DNA from: Psychrilyobacter sp. | GTDB lineage: Bacteria > Fusobacteriota > Fusobacteriia > Fusobacteriales > Fusobacteriaceae | DNA length: 32,986 nt | Direction of reading: 5' to 3' | NCBI GenBank assembly: GCA_023145315.1 | Contig: JAGLEA010000028.1 | Coordinates: 1-32,986 of the forward strand | Shown here: positions 1-11,086 of the stretch, in pieces | Layout of the letters: each line of letters starts with the position of its first letter | Position numbering within the stretch: position 1 is the first letter of the stretch | Notes under the pieces: generated by a model | What the model saw: the letters and a program-made list of their open reading frames with translations, nothing else | Database searches by the model: none | Told to the model about the DNA's origin: nothing | Program-made: the position numbers and the translations under genes

Positions 1-46
1 AAAAAAAATATTTTATTTTATAGGTGTATTATTTCACTATTTATAG

Positions 47-52
47 TATAAT
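47..52 (+). promoter_or_regulatory. -10 element for selC
   Basis: Perfect TATAAT 6 nt upstream of the tRNA 5' end; no convincing -35. Confidence 0.55.
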
Positions 53-58
53 GGTTTT

Positions 59-155
59 GGAAGTAGATAGGTAACTGGTGTGCCTACCGGTCTTCAAAAC
101 CGAGTTTTGGCGTTTAATCGTCATGGGTGGGTTCGATTCCCACATATTTCCGCCA
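59..155 (+). tRNA. selC: tRNA-Sec (anticodon TCA)
   Basis: GGAAG...TTCC-G-CCA ends; anticodon loop CT-TCA-AA (TCA at 94-96); long D stem with TGGT loop; long variable arm (TGGCG/CGTCA); T arm GTGGG-TTCGATT-CCCAC; 97 nt. Confidence 0.93.
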
Positions 156-167
156 AATAAAAAATAC

Positions 168-208
168 AACTCCTACTCCTAGAATTTTCTAGTTGTGGGA
201 GTTTTTTT
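168..208 (+). terminator. Intrinsic terminator after selC
   Basis: AACTCCTAC...CTAGAATTTTCTAG...GTGGGAGTT stem followed by a T run. Confidence 0.7.
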
Positions 209-289
209 GAACCTTGAGATATTTTTGTAAAATATAGTTTTTTATGATAGAATTTATGGATATAAATATGATGTGGAGGAGAGATTGTC

Positions 290-895
290 ATGAAAAAAAG
301 AATTGTTTTTGATAGAATTAATGATATGAAGTATATATCCCATCTAGATACAGTGAGATTTTTAGAGAGATTATTCAAGAAGACAGGTATAAAGATCAAA
401 CATTCAGAAGGATTTACACCTAGACCAAGGTTATCTTTTGGAAACCCTGTTTCATTAGGAGATGAAACTTATAATGAATTAATGGATGCTGAAATTATTT
501 CTGAAAAATCAAACGAGGAGTTAATAAAACTATTAAATGATAACTCACCAAAAGGCTTTGTATTTCACGAGATGTATGAGGTTCCAAAAAAATCAGGGAT
601 TGCCAATGATTTTGATATTATGCTCTATGAAGTAGAGGGTGAAGGAGAAAATTTATCCTCCTTAGAGAATCTTTTGGAGAGAGAAGAGATTATAGAAATC
701 AGAGAAAAAAGAGGAAAGAAACAAGAAAGAAATTTGAAAGAAAAAATAGCAACTTATAAAAGAATAGATAACAAGATTTATTTAGAGTTATATAATATCT
801 CGCCTAAAGGATTGTTCATCTTAGCAGAGATCGATACAAAGGAGATCAAAGTAACTAGAATGGGATATAAAAAAAGTAAAGTAGAAATAGATTAG
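290..895 (+). CDS. Radical SAM-linked protein (TIGR03936/DUF2344 family)
   Basis: Motifs MKYISHLD and HSEGFTPRPRLSFGNPVSLG match the family pattern (YISHLD...SxGFNPxPxxSFxxxLxLG); RBS GGAGG. Confidence 0.85.
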   Translation: MKKRIVFDRINDMKYISHLDTVRFLERLFKKTGIKIKHSEGFTPRPRLSFGNPVSLGDETYNELMDAEIISEKSNEELIKLLNDNSPKGFVFHEMYEVPKKSGIANDFDIMLYEVEGEGENLSSLENLLEREEIIEIREKRGKKQERNLKEKIATYKRIDNKIYLELYNISPKGLFILAEIDTKEIKVTRMGYKKSKVEID

Positions 896-911
896 AGTAA
901 AATAAAAATAA

Positions 912-2652
<1,741 letters not shown>

Positions 2653-2665
2653 CCGTTAAATAAAG

Positions 2666-2694
2666 TTGATTTTGACATAAAAATTTGGTAAACT
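2666..2694 (+). promoter_or_regulatory. sigma70 promoter of fba
   Basis: TTGATT, 17 bp, TAAACT with extended -10 TG. Confidence 0.6.
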
Positions 2695-2734
2695 TAAGAA
2701 GTTAAGAAACTAAATAATAAACTAGGAGGTAATT

Positions 2735-3715
2735 ATGAGATATAATTACAAAGATTTAGGATTAGTAAACACGAGAGAAATGTTTGAAAAAGCAAATAAA
2801 GAGGGATATGCAGTACCTGCATTTAACTTTAACAACATGGAGCAAATGTTAGCAATCGTTGAAGCTGCTGCATTAAAAGGTTCTCCAGTTATATTACAAT
2901 GTTCAGGTGGAGCAAGAAATTATATGGGGAAACCAGTAGTTCCTATGTTAGCAAAAGCTGCAGTTGACGTTGCTAGAGAGATGGGATCAGACATACCTAT
3001 CGCTTTACATTTAGATCACGGTTCATCTTTTGAGCAAGCAAAAGATTGTATCGAATGGGGATTCTCATCAGTAATGATAGATGCATCTCATCATTCATTT
3101 GAAGAAAATATTGCAGAATCAAAGAAAGTTGCAGACTATGCACATGGTTTAGATATAACAGTTGAGGCTGAATTAGGTGTTTTAGCTGGAATTGAAGATG
3201 AAATATCAGCTGAAGAGCATATATTCACACAACCACATGAAGTAGAAGAGTTCGTTAAAGCTTCTGGTGTAGATTCATTAGCAATCTCTATTGGAACTTC
3301 ACATGGTGCACATAAATTCAAACCAGGTGACGATCCTAAGTTAAGATTAGATATATTAGCTGAAATCGAAACAAGAATTCCAGGATTCCCAATCGTATTA
3401 CACGGTTCTTCATCAGTACCTGCTAAATTCATCAAGATGATCCAAGAAAATGGTGGAGAAATCAATGATGCAATTGGTATCCCTGATGATCAATTAAGAG
3501 GAGCTACTAAATCAGCAGTTGCGAAAATCAATGTTGATACAGATGGTAGATTAGCATTTACTGCTGGAATTAGAGAAGTATTTACTCAAAAGCCAGGAGA
3601 ATTTGATCCTAGAAAATATTTAACACCTGCAAAGAACTACATGAGAGACTTCTACATGGTGAAAATCACTAATGTATTCGGATCTGAAGGTGCTTATAAG
3701 AAAGGAACTAACTAA
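2735..3715 (+). CDS. fba: Class II fructose-1,6-bisphosphate aldolase
   Basis: HLDHG, SSVMIDAS, GTSHGAHKF, VLHGSS, KINVDTD, FDPRKYL motifs. Confidence 0.97.
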   Translation: MRYNYKDLGLVNTREMFEKANKEGYAVPAFNFNNMEQMLAIVEAAALKGSPVILQCSGGARNYMGKPVVPMLAKAAVDVAREMGSDIPIALHLDHGSSFEQAKDCIEWGFSSVMIDASHHSFEENIAESKKVADYAHGLDITVEAELGVLAGIEDEISAEEHIFTQPHEVEEFVKASGVDSLAISIGTSHGAHKFKPGDDPKLRLDILAEIETRIPGFPIVLHGSSSVPAKFIKMIQENGGEINDAIGIPDDQLRGATKSAVAKINVDTDGRLAFTAGIREVFTQKPGEFDPRKYLTPAKNYMRDFYMVKITNVFGSEGAYKKGTN

Positions 3716-3722
3716 GAATTTT

Positions 3723-3752
3723 AGAGGTAACCACTTGGTTACCTCTTTTTTT
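3723..3752 (+). terminator. Intrinsic terminator after fba
   Basis: AGAGGTAACCA-CT-TGGTTACCTCT followed by a T run. Confidence 0.88.
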
Positions 3753-3777
3753 AAATAAATAAAATGGGATGTGAAAA

Positions 3778-4545
3778 ATGTTAGTGCTATATTTTTTAAT
3801 CGCAATAATTGCAACAATATTTGGTTCATTAGTTGGACTAGGTGGAGGTGTAGTGATAAAGCCAGTATTAGATGCCTTAGGAAGTTATGATATTTCCACA
3901 GTAGGCATGCTATCTTCTTTCACCGTATTTTCCATGGCAGTGGTATCTATATTAAAACAAATAAAAAAAGGATTTAAAATAGAAAAAAATATGTTAGTAA
4001 TAACTTTAGGAGCTATATTAGGTGGAGCTATGGGAAATCATTTATTTACTTCTTTTTTAGAAGCTTTAAATAACGAAGGGTTAGCAAAAGCTATTCAAGG
4101 TACAATATTAGCGATATTATTAATACTTGTGTTATTCAAAGAAAAATTCCCCAAATACCACGTAAAAAATGTAGGAGCTCTCCTAATTGTTGGGCTTATA
4201 TTAGGTACTATAGCTTCTTTTTTAGGGATAGGAGGTGGGCCTATAAATGTAATGATCTTAGTGATGCTCATGAATATGGATATAAAAAAAGCTGCTGTAA
4301 CTTCTGTTTTGATTATATTACTATCTCAATTTACAAAAATAGCGATAACGGGGTTAGGGGCAGGTTTTGGAAAATATGATCTATCTATGCTATATGTTAT
4401 GGTTCCTGGTGGAATATTAGGAGGTTTGATAGGAGCTCATTTCAATCATAAAATGAAAAGTGAGACTATTCAAAAAATATTTAATATTTCTATGGTTTTA
4501 TTAGTGATTCTAAATGTTTATAACGTAGTAAATGGATTGCTGTAA
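3778..4545 (+). CDS. TauE/SafE (TSUP) family membrane exporter
   Basis: Duplicated GLGGG / GIGGG motifs and about 8 TM helices. Confidence 0.88.
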   Translation: MLVLYFLIAIIATIFGSLVGLGGGVVIKPVLDALGSYDISTVGMLSSFTVFSMAVVSILKQIKKGFKIEKNMLVITLGAILGGAMGNHLFTSFLEALNNEGLAKAIQGTILAILLILVLFKEKFPKYHVKNVGALLIVGLILGTIASFLGIGGGPINVMILVMLMNMDIKKAAVTSVLIILLSQFTKIAITGLGAGFGKYDLSMLYVMVPGGILGGLIGAHFNHKMKSETIQKIFNISMVLLVILNVYNVVNGLL

Positions 4546-4574
4546 AAAAAGACGAGAAATCTCGTCTTTTTTTT
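4544..4574. terminator. Bidirectional terminator between the tauE-like gene and glnA
   Basis: A7-GACGAGA-AA-TCTCGTC-T8 between convergent genes. Confidence 0.9.
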
Positions 4575-6675
4575 ATAGCTTTAATAAAATTTCTTCATAA
4601 GTTGGGAATGGCCACAATTCTTTAGAAACTAAATTTTCTAGATTATCACCATAGATTCTTAGCTCTTTCATAATAGGTAAAAGTTCGTTTCTGCTAAATT
4701 GCACTTTAGTTTCAAGATCTTCTAATTCATTAAGATCTTCTAATTTTTCTTCTAAGATCTTAGAAGTTCTGTATAAATTAGAGTTATCTTCCATGATATT
4801 AGTGAGTAGATCAGTTTGTGTACCAATTCCACCTTCTCCGAGAATAGGTAGTGTTATAGCGATGATCTCTCCTAATTCAAGAGCATATTTATTAGCAGCA
4901 GGATAGATCTCTTTCATAGCCATTTTTACCATAACATTAGCTTCAGAAGTTGTTTGGGCATAGTAATCTTCAGCGTAAACATTGTATCTAGATTCTAATT
5001 CTGTATTAGATAAAACATTATGAGTTTTGAAAAGTTCGATAGTTTTAGGAGTGATATATTCCTTTAAAACATCTGCCGTTGAAGTAAGATTTAGTAATCC
5101 TCTTTCATTGGCTAATTTTACCCAATCTTCTCCATATCCATCTCCAGAAAAAATAACTTTTCTATGCTCCTTATAAACTCTAGAAACAAGATCTTGCATT
5201 CCCTTGGTTTTGTCCTCGATTGTTTCGAGTTCATCAGCAAATTCTTTTAAAACATCTGCCATAATAGTATTTAGCATGATATTTGGTGTAGAAGTTGTTT
5301 GGCTAGATCCAGGCATTCTGAATTCAAATTTATTACCAGTAAAGGCAAAGGGAGAAGTTCTATTTCTGTCTGTAATGTCCAATGGTAATTTAGGAAGTGC
5401 ATCTACACCTATTTCTAATTTTTTTCTAGTAAGGTCTTCAGAGGTCCTTTTAAAGATACTCTCTAGTTCATCTCCTAAAAATATAGAGATGATGGCTGGT
5501 GGAGCTTCATGGCCACCTAATCGTTGATCATTAGATGCACTAGCAGTAGAGAGCCGCAGTAGTGGTGCATATTTATCTACAGCTTTGATAACTGCCACTA
5601 CGAATATTAAAAATTGTGCATTATCCTTTGGGTTTTTACCTGGTTCAAATAAGTTTATACCATCATTTGTAGTTAGTGACCAATTATTGTGTTTTCCAGA
5701 ACCATTAACACTAGCAAAAGGTTTTTCGTGTAGGAGAGCAACAAGGTCGTGTCTACTAGCAATCTTCTGTATATAATCCATTACAAGTTGATTTTGATCT
5801 GTAGCCACATTTGTAGTGCTATACACTGGTGCTAATTCAAACTGATTAGGACCTACTTCGTTATGTTTAGTCTTAGAAGGAATACCTAACCTCCAGAGTT
5901 CGAAATCAAGTTCCCTCATAAATGCAGCTACTCTCTCTTCTATAGTTCCGAAATAATGGTTTCTCAATTCTTGATTTTTACTAGACTCGGCTCCAAATAA
6001 AGTTCTACCTGTATGAATGAGATCTAGCCTTTTGTTAAAGTGTTTTTTTTCAATTAAAAAGTATTCTTGTTCAGCACCTAGTGATGAACTAACTTTTGTA
6101 GAAGTTTCATTACCTAATACTTTTAAAACCCTAAGAGCCTGCTTCTCAACTGCATTCATAGATCGTAGAAGTGGAACTTTTTTATCTAATGCCTCTCCTG
6201 TATAAGATACGAATGCAGTAGGGATATATAGAGTAATACCTGTTCTATCATCTTTTAAAAATGCAGGTGATGTAGTATCCCAAGCTGTGTAGCCACGAGC
6301 TTCAAAAGTAGATCGTAATCCACCATTAGGAAACGACGAGGCATCAGGTTCACCTTTTATTAGTTCCTTTCCTGAAAACTCCATAATTACTTCACCGTCA
6401 TTTAGTGGTGATATGAAAGAGTCGTGTTTTTCAGCAGTTAATCCATTTAGTGGATGAAACCAATGGGTGAAATGAGTAGCACCTTTTTCAATAGCCCAAT
6501 CTTTCATTGCACTAGCAATTACTTCTGCAACAGAAGATGTTAGCTTTTTATTACCATTTTGAACTTCTAAAAATTCTTTATAAATACTTTTCGGAACTCT
6601 TTGACGGAGAGTTAATTTGTCAAAACAGTAATCACCATAAAAATTGGGAATAAAATTATCTTGTATAGTACTCAT
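4573..6675 (-). CDS. glnA: Glutamine synthetase type III
   Basis: GATHFTHWFHPL, TAEKHDSF, GEPDASSFPNGGLRSTFEARGYTAWD, NGSGKHNNWS, DRNRTSPFAFTGNKFEFR; 700 aa. Confidence 0.97.
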   Translation of the reverse strand: MSTIQDNFIPNFYGDYCFDKLTLRQRVPKSIYKEFLEVQNGNKKLTSSVAEVIASAMKDWAIEKGATHFTHWFHPLNGLTAEKHDSFISPLNDGEVIMEFSGKELIKGEPDASSFPNGGLRSTFEARGYTAWDTTSPAFLKDDRTGITLYIPTAFVSYTGEALDKKVPLLRSMNAVEKQALRVLKVLGNETSTKVSSSLGAEQEYFLIEKKHFNKRLDLIHTGRTLFGAESSKNQELRNHYFGTIEERVAAFMRELDFELWRLGIPSKTKHNEVGPNQFELAPVYSTTNVATDQNQLVMDYIQKIASRHDLVALLHEKPFASVNGSGKHNNWSLTTNDGINLFEPGKNPKDNAQFLIFVVAVIKAVDKYAPLLRLSTASASNDQRLGGHEAPPAIISIFLGDELESIFKRTSEDLTRKKLEIGVDALPKLPLDITDRNRTSPFAFTGNKFEFRMPGSSQTTSTPNIMLNTIMADVLKEFADELETIEDKTKGMQDLVSRVYKEHRKVIFSGDGYGEDWVKLANERGLLNLTSTADVLKEYITPKTIELFKTHNVLSNTELESRYNVYAEDYYAQTTSEANVMVKMAMKEIYPAANKYALELGEIIAITLPILGEGGIGTQTDLLTNIMEDNSNLYRTSKILEEKLEDLNELEDLETKVQFSRNELLPIMKELRIYGDNLENLVSKELWPFPTYEEILLKL

Positions 6676-6707
6676 TTGAAACCTCCAATTATAAATTTAT
6701 TTTTATA

Positions 6708-6716
6708 ATTGTACCA
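6708..6716 (-). promoter_or_regulatory. Extended -10 for glnA
   Basis: TGgTACAAT on the minus strand about 30 nt upstream of the start. Confidence 0.45.
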
Positions 6717-6787
6717 TAAAGAAAGTAGAAGTAGAATTATTTTTCAAATAAAATGAGATACAAAAGTCTGATTTTTTTATAAAAAAG

Positions 6788-6816
6788 TTTAAAAAACAAA
6801 TAAAATAAGGTATAAT
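6788..6816 (+). promoter_or_regulatory. Promoter of the glg operon
   Basis: TTTAAA, 17 bp, TATAAT. Confidence 0.5.
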
Positions 6817-6858
6817 ATAATTAAATAAAAACTAATAATTAATAAAGGTGGTAACGGT

Positions 6859-8721
6859 TTGGGAAATAAACTTTCTGTTTTAAAAACGAAAAAAGCGTAC
6901 TATAATTATTCTTCTTTAGGAGCATGTTTAGAAAAAAATGGAGTAACGTTTAGAGTTTGGGCACCAAATGCAAAATCAATATTTTTGATTGGTGATTTTA
7001 ATGAATGGAGCTCTAACAAAAATGAACTAAAAAAAGATGGAGAATATTGGAACCTCTATGTAGAGGGAATAGGCAAAGGTGATAAGTATAAATACCTAGT
7101 AGAAGATGTAAATGGGAATAGAATAGAAAAATCTGATCCGTATGCACTCTATTCAGAGCTAAGACCAAATACTGCTTCGATTGTTTGGGATCTCGATAAC
7201 TATAGTTGGCAAGATGAAAAATGGTTAGAGAATAGAAAAAAATATAAACCTTATGACAGTCCGATGAATATATATGAGGTACACTTAGCTTCGTGGAATA
7301 AGCCTAGTGCAGAAGGGTTTCAAACATATTTAGAACTAGCTAATGAACTACCAAAATATGTATCTGAAATGGGTTACACTCACATAGAATTGATGCCAGT
7401 ATCTGAGCATCCTTTGGATGATTCTTGGGGTTATCAAGCAACTGGATACTTTTCAGTTACGAGTAGACATGGTACACCAGAAGAGTTTAAATACCTTGTG
7501 GATAAATTTCATGAATATGGCATTGGAGTACTTTTAGACTGGGTTCCAGGGCACTTTTGTAAGGATAGCCATGGATTATATAGGTTTGATGGTGGAGCAA
7601 CTTATGAGTATCAAAATCCATCATTAGGTGAAAATGAACAATGGGGAACATGTAATTTTAACCTTTCGAGCTTGGAAGTTCAAGAATTTTTGATTTCAAA
7701 TGCTTTATTTTGGTTAAGAGAATACCATATAGATGGTCTTCGTGTAGATGCAGTATCTAACATGTTGTACCTAGATTTTGCAAAAGAAGCTACACCAGAT
7801 AGAAAAAATAAATACGGTAGAAATGAAAATTTATGGGCTATTGATTTTATGCAAAAAATGAATGATGTAATTTTTTCTGAATTTCCTAATACTATAATGG
7901 CTGCAGAAGAATCTACATCATGGCCGAACATTACCAAGGGAAAGGATGTTGACGGATTGGGTTATAATTATAAATGGAATATGGGTTGGATGAATGACAT
8001 GCTAAAATATATGGAGATGGATCCTATATACAGGAAAGATCACCATAATCTTCTAACATTTTCTTTAATGTATGCTTTTTCAGAAAACTACATATTACCT
8101 TTTTCTCATGATGAAGTTGTCCATGGTAAAAAATCCATGCTAGGTAAATTTCCAGGATATTTAAATGATAAATTTGCTAGTTTAAAATTACTACTTGGAT
8201 ATCAGATGGCACATCCAGGGAAAAAATTATTATTCATGGGTAGTGAAATTGGTCAAGAGTTAGAGTGGAGATTCTATGAATCTCTAGAATGGGAATTGTT
8301 AAAATTACAAAAAAATGAAGAATTACAGAGATTTGTAAAATTCCTAAATTTTTTCTACAAAGAAGAAAACTCTCTATGGGAGCAAGATCATGGATATGAA
8401 GGTTTTGAGTGGATAGATGCTGACAATAATTCTGAAGGAATACTTAGTTTTGTGAGGAAATCAAAAAATAAAAATGAATTTCTTGTAGGAGTTTTTAACT
8501 TTACTCCCGTATATTATGAAAAGCACAGATTAGAAGTTCCAAGATTCACTGATTATGTAGAAGTTTTAAATAGTGATGAATATAGATTTGGTGGAGAAGG
8601 AAGAACAAATAGTGAAATTTTAAAACCAAATTGGATCGGTGCAGATGGATTACCAGGGTATGTTGAGATGAAGGTAGCACCACTATCAATGACATATCTA
8701 AAACCAAAGTTTAATAAATAA
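6859..8721 (+). CDS. glgB: 1,4-alpha-glucan branching enzyme
   Basis: FRVWAPNA, SWGYQ, DGLRVDAVS, AEES, SHDEVVHGK with catalytic residues intact; TTG start after AAGGTGG. Confidence 0.97.
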   Translation: MGNKLSVLKTKKAYYNYSSLGACLEKNGVTFRVWAPNAKSIFLIGDFNEWSSNKNELKKDGEYWNLYVEGIGKGDKYKYLVEDVNGNRIEKSDPYALYSELRPNTASIVWDLDNYSWQDEKWLENRKKYKPYDSPMNIYEVHLASWNKPSAEGFQTYLELANELPKYVSEMGYTHIELMPVSEHPLDDSWGYQATGYFSVTSRHGTPEEFKYLVDKFHEYGIGVLLDWVPGHFCKDSHGLYRFDGGATYEYQNPSLGENEQWGTCNFNLSSLEVQEFLISNALFWLREYHIDGLRVDAVSNMLYLDFAKEATPDRKNKYGRNENLWAIDFMQKMNDVIFSEFPNTIMAAEESTSWPNITKGKDVDGLGYNYKWNMGWMNDMLKYMEMDPIYRKDHHNLLTFSLMYAFSENYILPFSHDEVVHGKKSMLGKFPGYLNDKFASLKLLLGYQMAHPGKKLLFMGSEIGQELEWRFYESLEWELLKLQKNEELQRFVKFLNFFYKEENSLWEQDHGYEGFEWIDADNNSEGILSFVRKSKNKNEFLVGVFNFTPVYYEKHRLEVPRFTDYVEVLNSDEYRFGGEGRTNSEILKPNWIGADGLPGYVEMKVAPLSMTYLKPKFNK

Positions 8722-8746
8722 AAACAATATAAATTAGGAGGTAGAG

Positions 8747-9871
8747 ATGAGAAAAAAAGAGATGATAGCCATGCTATTAGCAGGAGGACAAGGAAGTAGA
8801 TTAGTTCCTTTGACAGCTGATGTAGCAAAACCAGCAATAGATTTTGGTGGAAAATATAAGATAATAGACTTTCCATTAAGTAATTGTACAAATTCAGGTA
8901 TAGATACGGTGGGGATTTTGACACAATATAGACCATTCCTTTTGAATAATCATATTGGAACTGGAGCAGCGTGGAATATGAACAATGCCCATGGTGGAGC
9001 AGCAGTTTTACCTCCATATACAACTCAAGATGGTGGATCATGGTATAAAGGAACAGCTAATGCAATCTATCAAAACATCCAATATATTGATATGTATACA
9101 CCTGATCATGTATTAATTTTATCAGGAGATCATATTTATAATATGGATTATAATGAGATGCTAGAAGCACATAAAAAATCAAATGCTGATGTAACGATTG
9201 CGGCTCTTACAGTTACTTTAGAGGAAGCAAAAAGATTTGGTATTATGAACGTTAATGATGATAATACAATTTATGAATTTGAAGAAAAACCAGAACATCC
9301 AAAAAGTACATTAGCTTCTATGGGAATCTATATATTTAAGTGGTCAGAGTTAAGAAAATACCTAATTTTAGATGAAGAAGATCCTAAATCAGAAAAAGAT
9401 TTTGGAATGAATATTCTACCTAATATGTTAAACGATGGGTTAAAGATGGTTACTCATTCATTTAATGGTTACTGGAAAGATGTTGGAACAATTAATAGCT
9501 TATGGGAAGCCCATATGGACCTTTTAAGTGATGAGAGTGAATTAGATATATTCACACCAGGATGGAAAATATATACTTCTGGAGAGCCTAAAGCAGCTGC
9601 ATATTTTGGTGAAAATGCAGAAGTAAGTAACTCTATGGTTGTAGATGGAGCTTGTGTTTATGGAACGGTAACTAATTCTGTAATTTTCCCAGGTGTTGTA
9701 GTAGAAGAGGGAGCAGAGATAGTTGATTCAGTATTATTCCCAGGTGTTAAAATAAAAAAAGGTGTTAAAATAGAGAGAACAATAGTTGGACAAAATACAG
9801 AAGTTCAATCTGGAACTCATGCTGGAAACGAAACAATAAAAGTAATTGCTCAAAATTCAATAATTAAATAA
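8747..9871 (+). CDS. glgC: Glucose-1-phosphate adenylyltransferase
   Basis: [41 protein letters not shown]. Confidence 0.97.
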   Translation: MRKKEMIAMLLAGGQGSRLVPLTADVAKPAIDFGGKYKIIDFPLSNCTNSGIDTVGILTQYRPFLLNNHIGTGAAWNMNNAHGGAAVLPPYTTQDGGSWYKGTANAIYQNIQYIDMYTPDHVLILSGDHIYNMDYNEMLEAHKKSNADVTIAALTVTLEEAKRFGIMNVNDDNTIYEFEEKPEHPKSTLASMGIYIFKWSELRKYLILDEEDPKSEKDFGMNILPNMLNDGLKMVTHSFNGYWKDVGTINSLWEAHMDLLSDESELDIFTPGWKIYTSGEPKAAAYFGENAEVSNSMVVDGACVYGTVTNSVIFPGVVVEEGAEIVDSVLFPGVKIKKGVKIERTIVGQNTEVQSGTHAGNETIKVIAQNSIIK

Positions 9872-9886
9872 TAATCGGAGGTCAGG

Positions 9887-11008
9887 ATGAAAAATTCATA
9901 TATGGGATTGATTTTAGCGACTCAACCCAATAAAAATATAAGAGCACTAACAAAAAATAGACCTATTGCGTCTATTCCATTTGGAGGAAGATATAGAATA
10001 ATTGATTTTCCATTGACTAACTTAACAAAAGTTGGAGTTAAAAATGTAGGGATAGTTATACCACATAAAAACATCAGATCACTAAGAGATCATATTAGAA
10101 GTGGACAGTTTTGGGATTTAAATAGAAAAGATGGTGGAATATTTTTACTTCAACCAACTATTGATAATGCAGTTACTAAATACAATGTTGAAAATTTAAA
10201 ATCAAACCTAGAGTACTTACATAAAAGTAAGGAAAAGAATGTTATAATCTATTCATCAAACTTAGTAGGAAATATTGACTTAAATCCAATAATTGAATCA
10301 CATGAAGAATCAGGAAAAGATGTAACATTTGTATATAAAAAATTAGATAGCAATGACAGGCTTCATCTAGGAACGAAAACTTTCACTCTTAATTCAGAGA
10401 ATGAATATCAAAGTAGTGGTGTTTTGGTAAATTCTGAAGAAAATGCTAAATCTTTCTTAGAGATTACTATTATAGAAAAATCTTTATTAATGGATATATT
10501 GAGTGGTGGAGTACAAAATGGATATAAAGGAGATGTAAATAAATTTATAGAGTTAAATCTTGGTAAATTAACATCAAACTTCTACGAACATACTGGATAT
10601 ACTGGATTTGTAACTTCTACAGAAAGTTTTTATGAATTATCAATGAATTTATTAGATAGAGATACGAGATTAGAGTTATTATTATCAAATGGTGGAATTT
10701 CTACAAAAATTCAAGATACACCACCAGCTTTATTTAGAAAGGGTTCAAAAGTAAGTAACTCTTTAGTGGCAAATGGATGTAAGATAAAAGGAAGTATAAA
10801 AAATAGTATAATATCTAGAAGAGTAATTATAGAAGAGGGAGCATCAATTGAAAATAGTGTAATTTTACAATCGTGTACTATTGGAAAAGGTGTAGAGATA
10901 AAGAATGTAATCATGGATAAAAATGTTACTGTAGGAAAATATGAACAAATAATAGGGCCAAAAGATCTTCCAATAGTAATAGAAAAAAAATCAGTATACG
11001 AAGATTAA
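9887..11008 (+). CDS. glgD: Glucose-1-phosphate adenylyltransferase regulatory subunit
   Basis: GlgC paralogue (RPIASIPFGGRYRIIDF) lacking the GGxGxR loop; directly after glgC. Confidence 0.92.
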   Translation: MKNSYMGLILATQPNKNIRALTKNRPIASIPFGGRYRIIDFPLTNLTKVGVKNVGIVIPHKNIRSLRDHIRSGQFWDLNRKDGGIFLLQPTIDNAVTKYNVENLKSNLEYLHKSKEKNVIIYSSNLVGNIDLNPIIESHEESGKDVTFVYKKLDSNDRLHLGTKTFTLNSENEYQSSGVLVNSEENAKSFLEITIIEKSLLMDILSGGVQNGYKGDVNKFIELNLGKLTSNFYEHTGYTGFVTSTESFYELSMNLLDRDTRLELLLSNGGISTKIQDTPPALFRKGSKVSNSLVANGCKIKGSIKNSIISRRVIIEEGASIENSVILQSCTIGKGVEIKNVIMDKNVTVGKYEQIIGPKDLPIVIEKKSVYED

Positions 11009-11029
11009 TATTAGTTATAACTAGAAGAG

Positions 11030-11069
11030 AAAGAGTGCTGATTCTTAATTATAAGAGTCAGCACTCTTT
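11030..11069 (+). terminator. Long intra-operonic hairpin between glgD and glgA
   Basis: AAAGAGTGCTGATTCTTA / TAAGAGTCAGCACTCTTT, about 18 bp stem with one G-U pair and only a short U tail. Confidence 0.6.
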
Positions 11070-11086
11070 AAAAAAGGAGATAAATT

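Noticed and set aside
121-399. 92-aa minus-strand ORF
   Set aside because: It overlaps selC, its terminator and the next CDS in antisense, and has no recognisable motif.
3778-4545. TauE/SafE exporter as part of a selenium system with selC
   Set aside because: It is separated from selC by fba and terminators, and nothing in the sequence indicates selenium specificity.
9887-11008. glgD as a degenerate glgC pseudogene
   Set aside because: Loss of catalytic motifs is the established property of GlgD subunits, and the ORF is intact.
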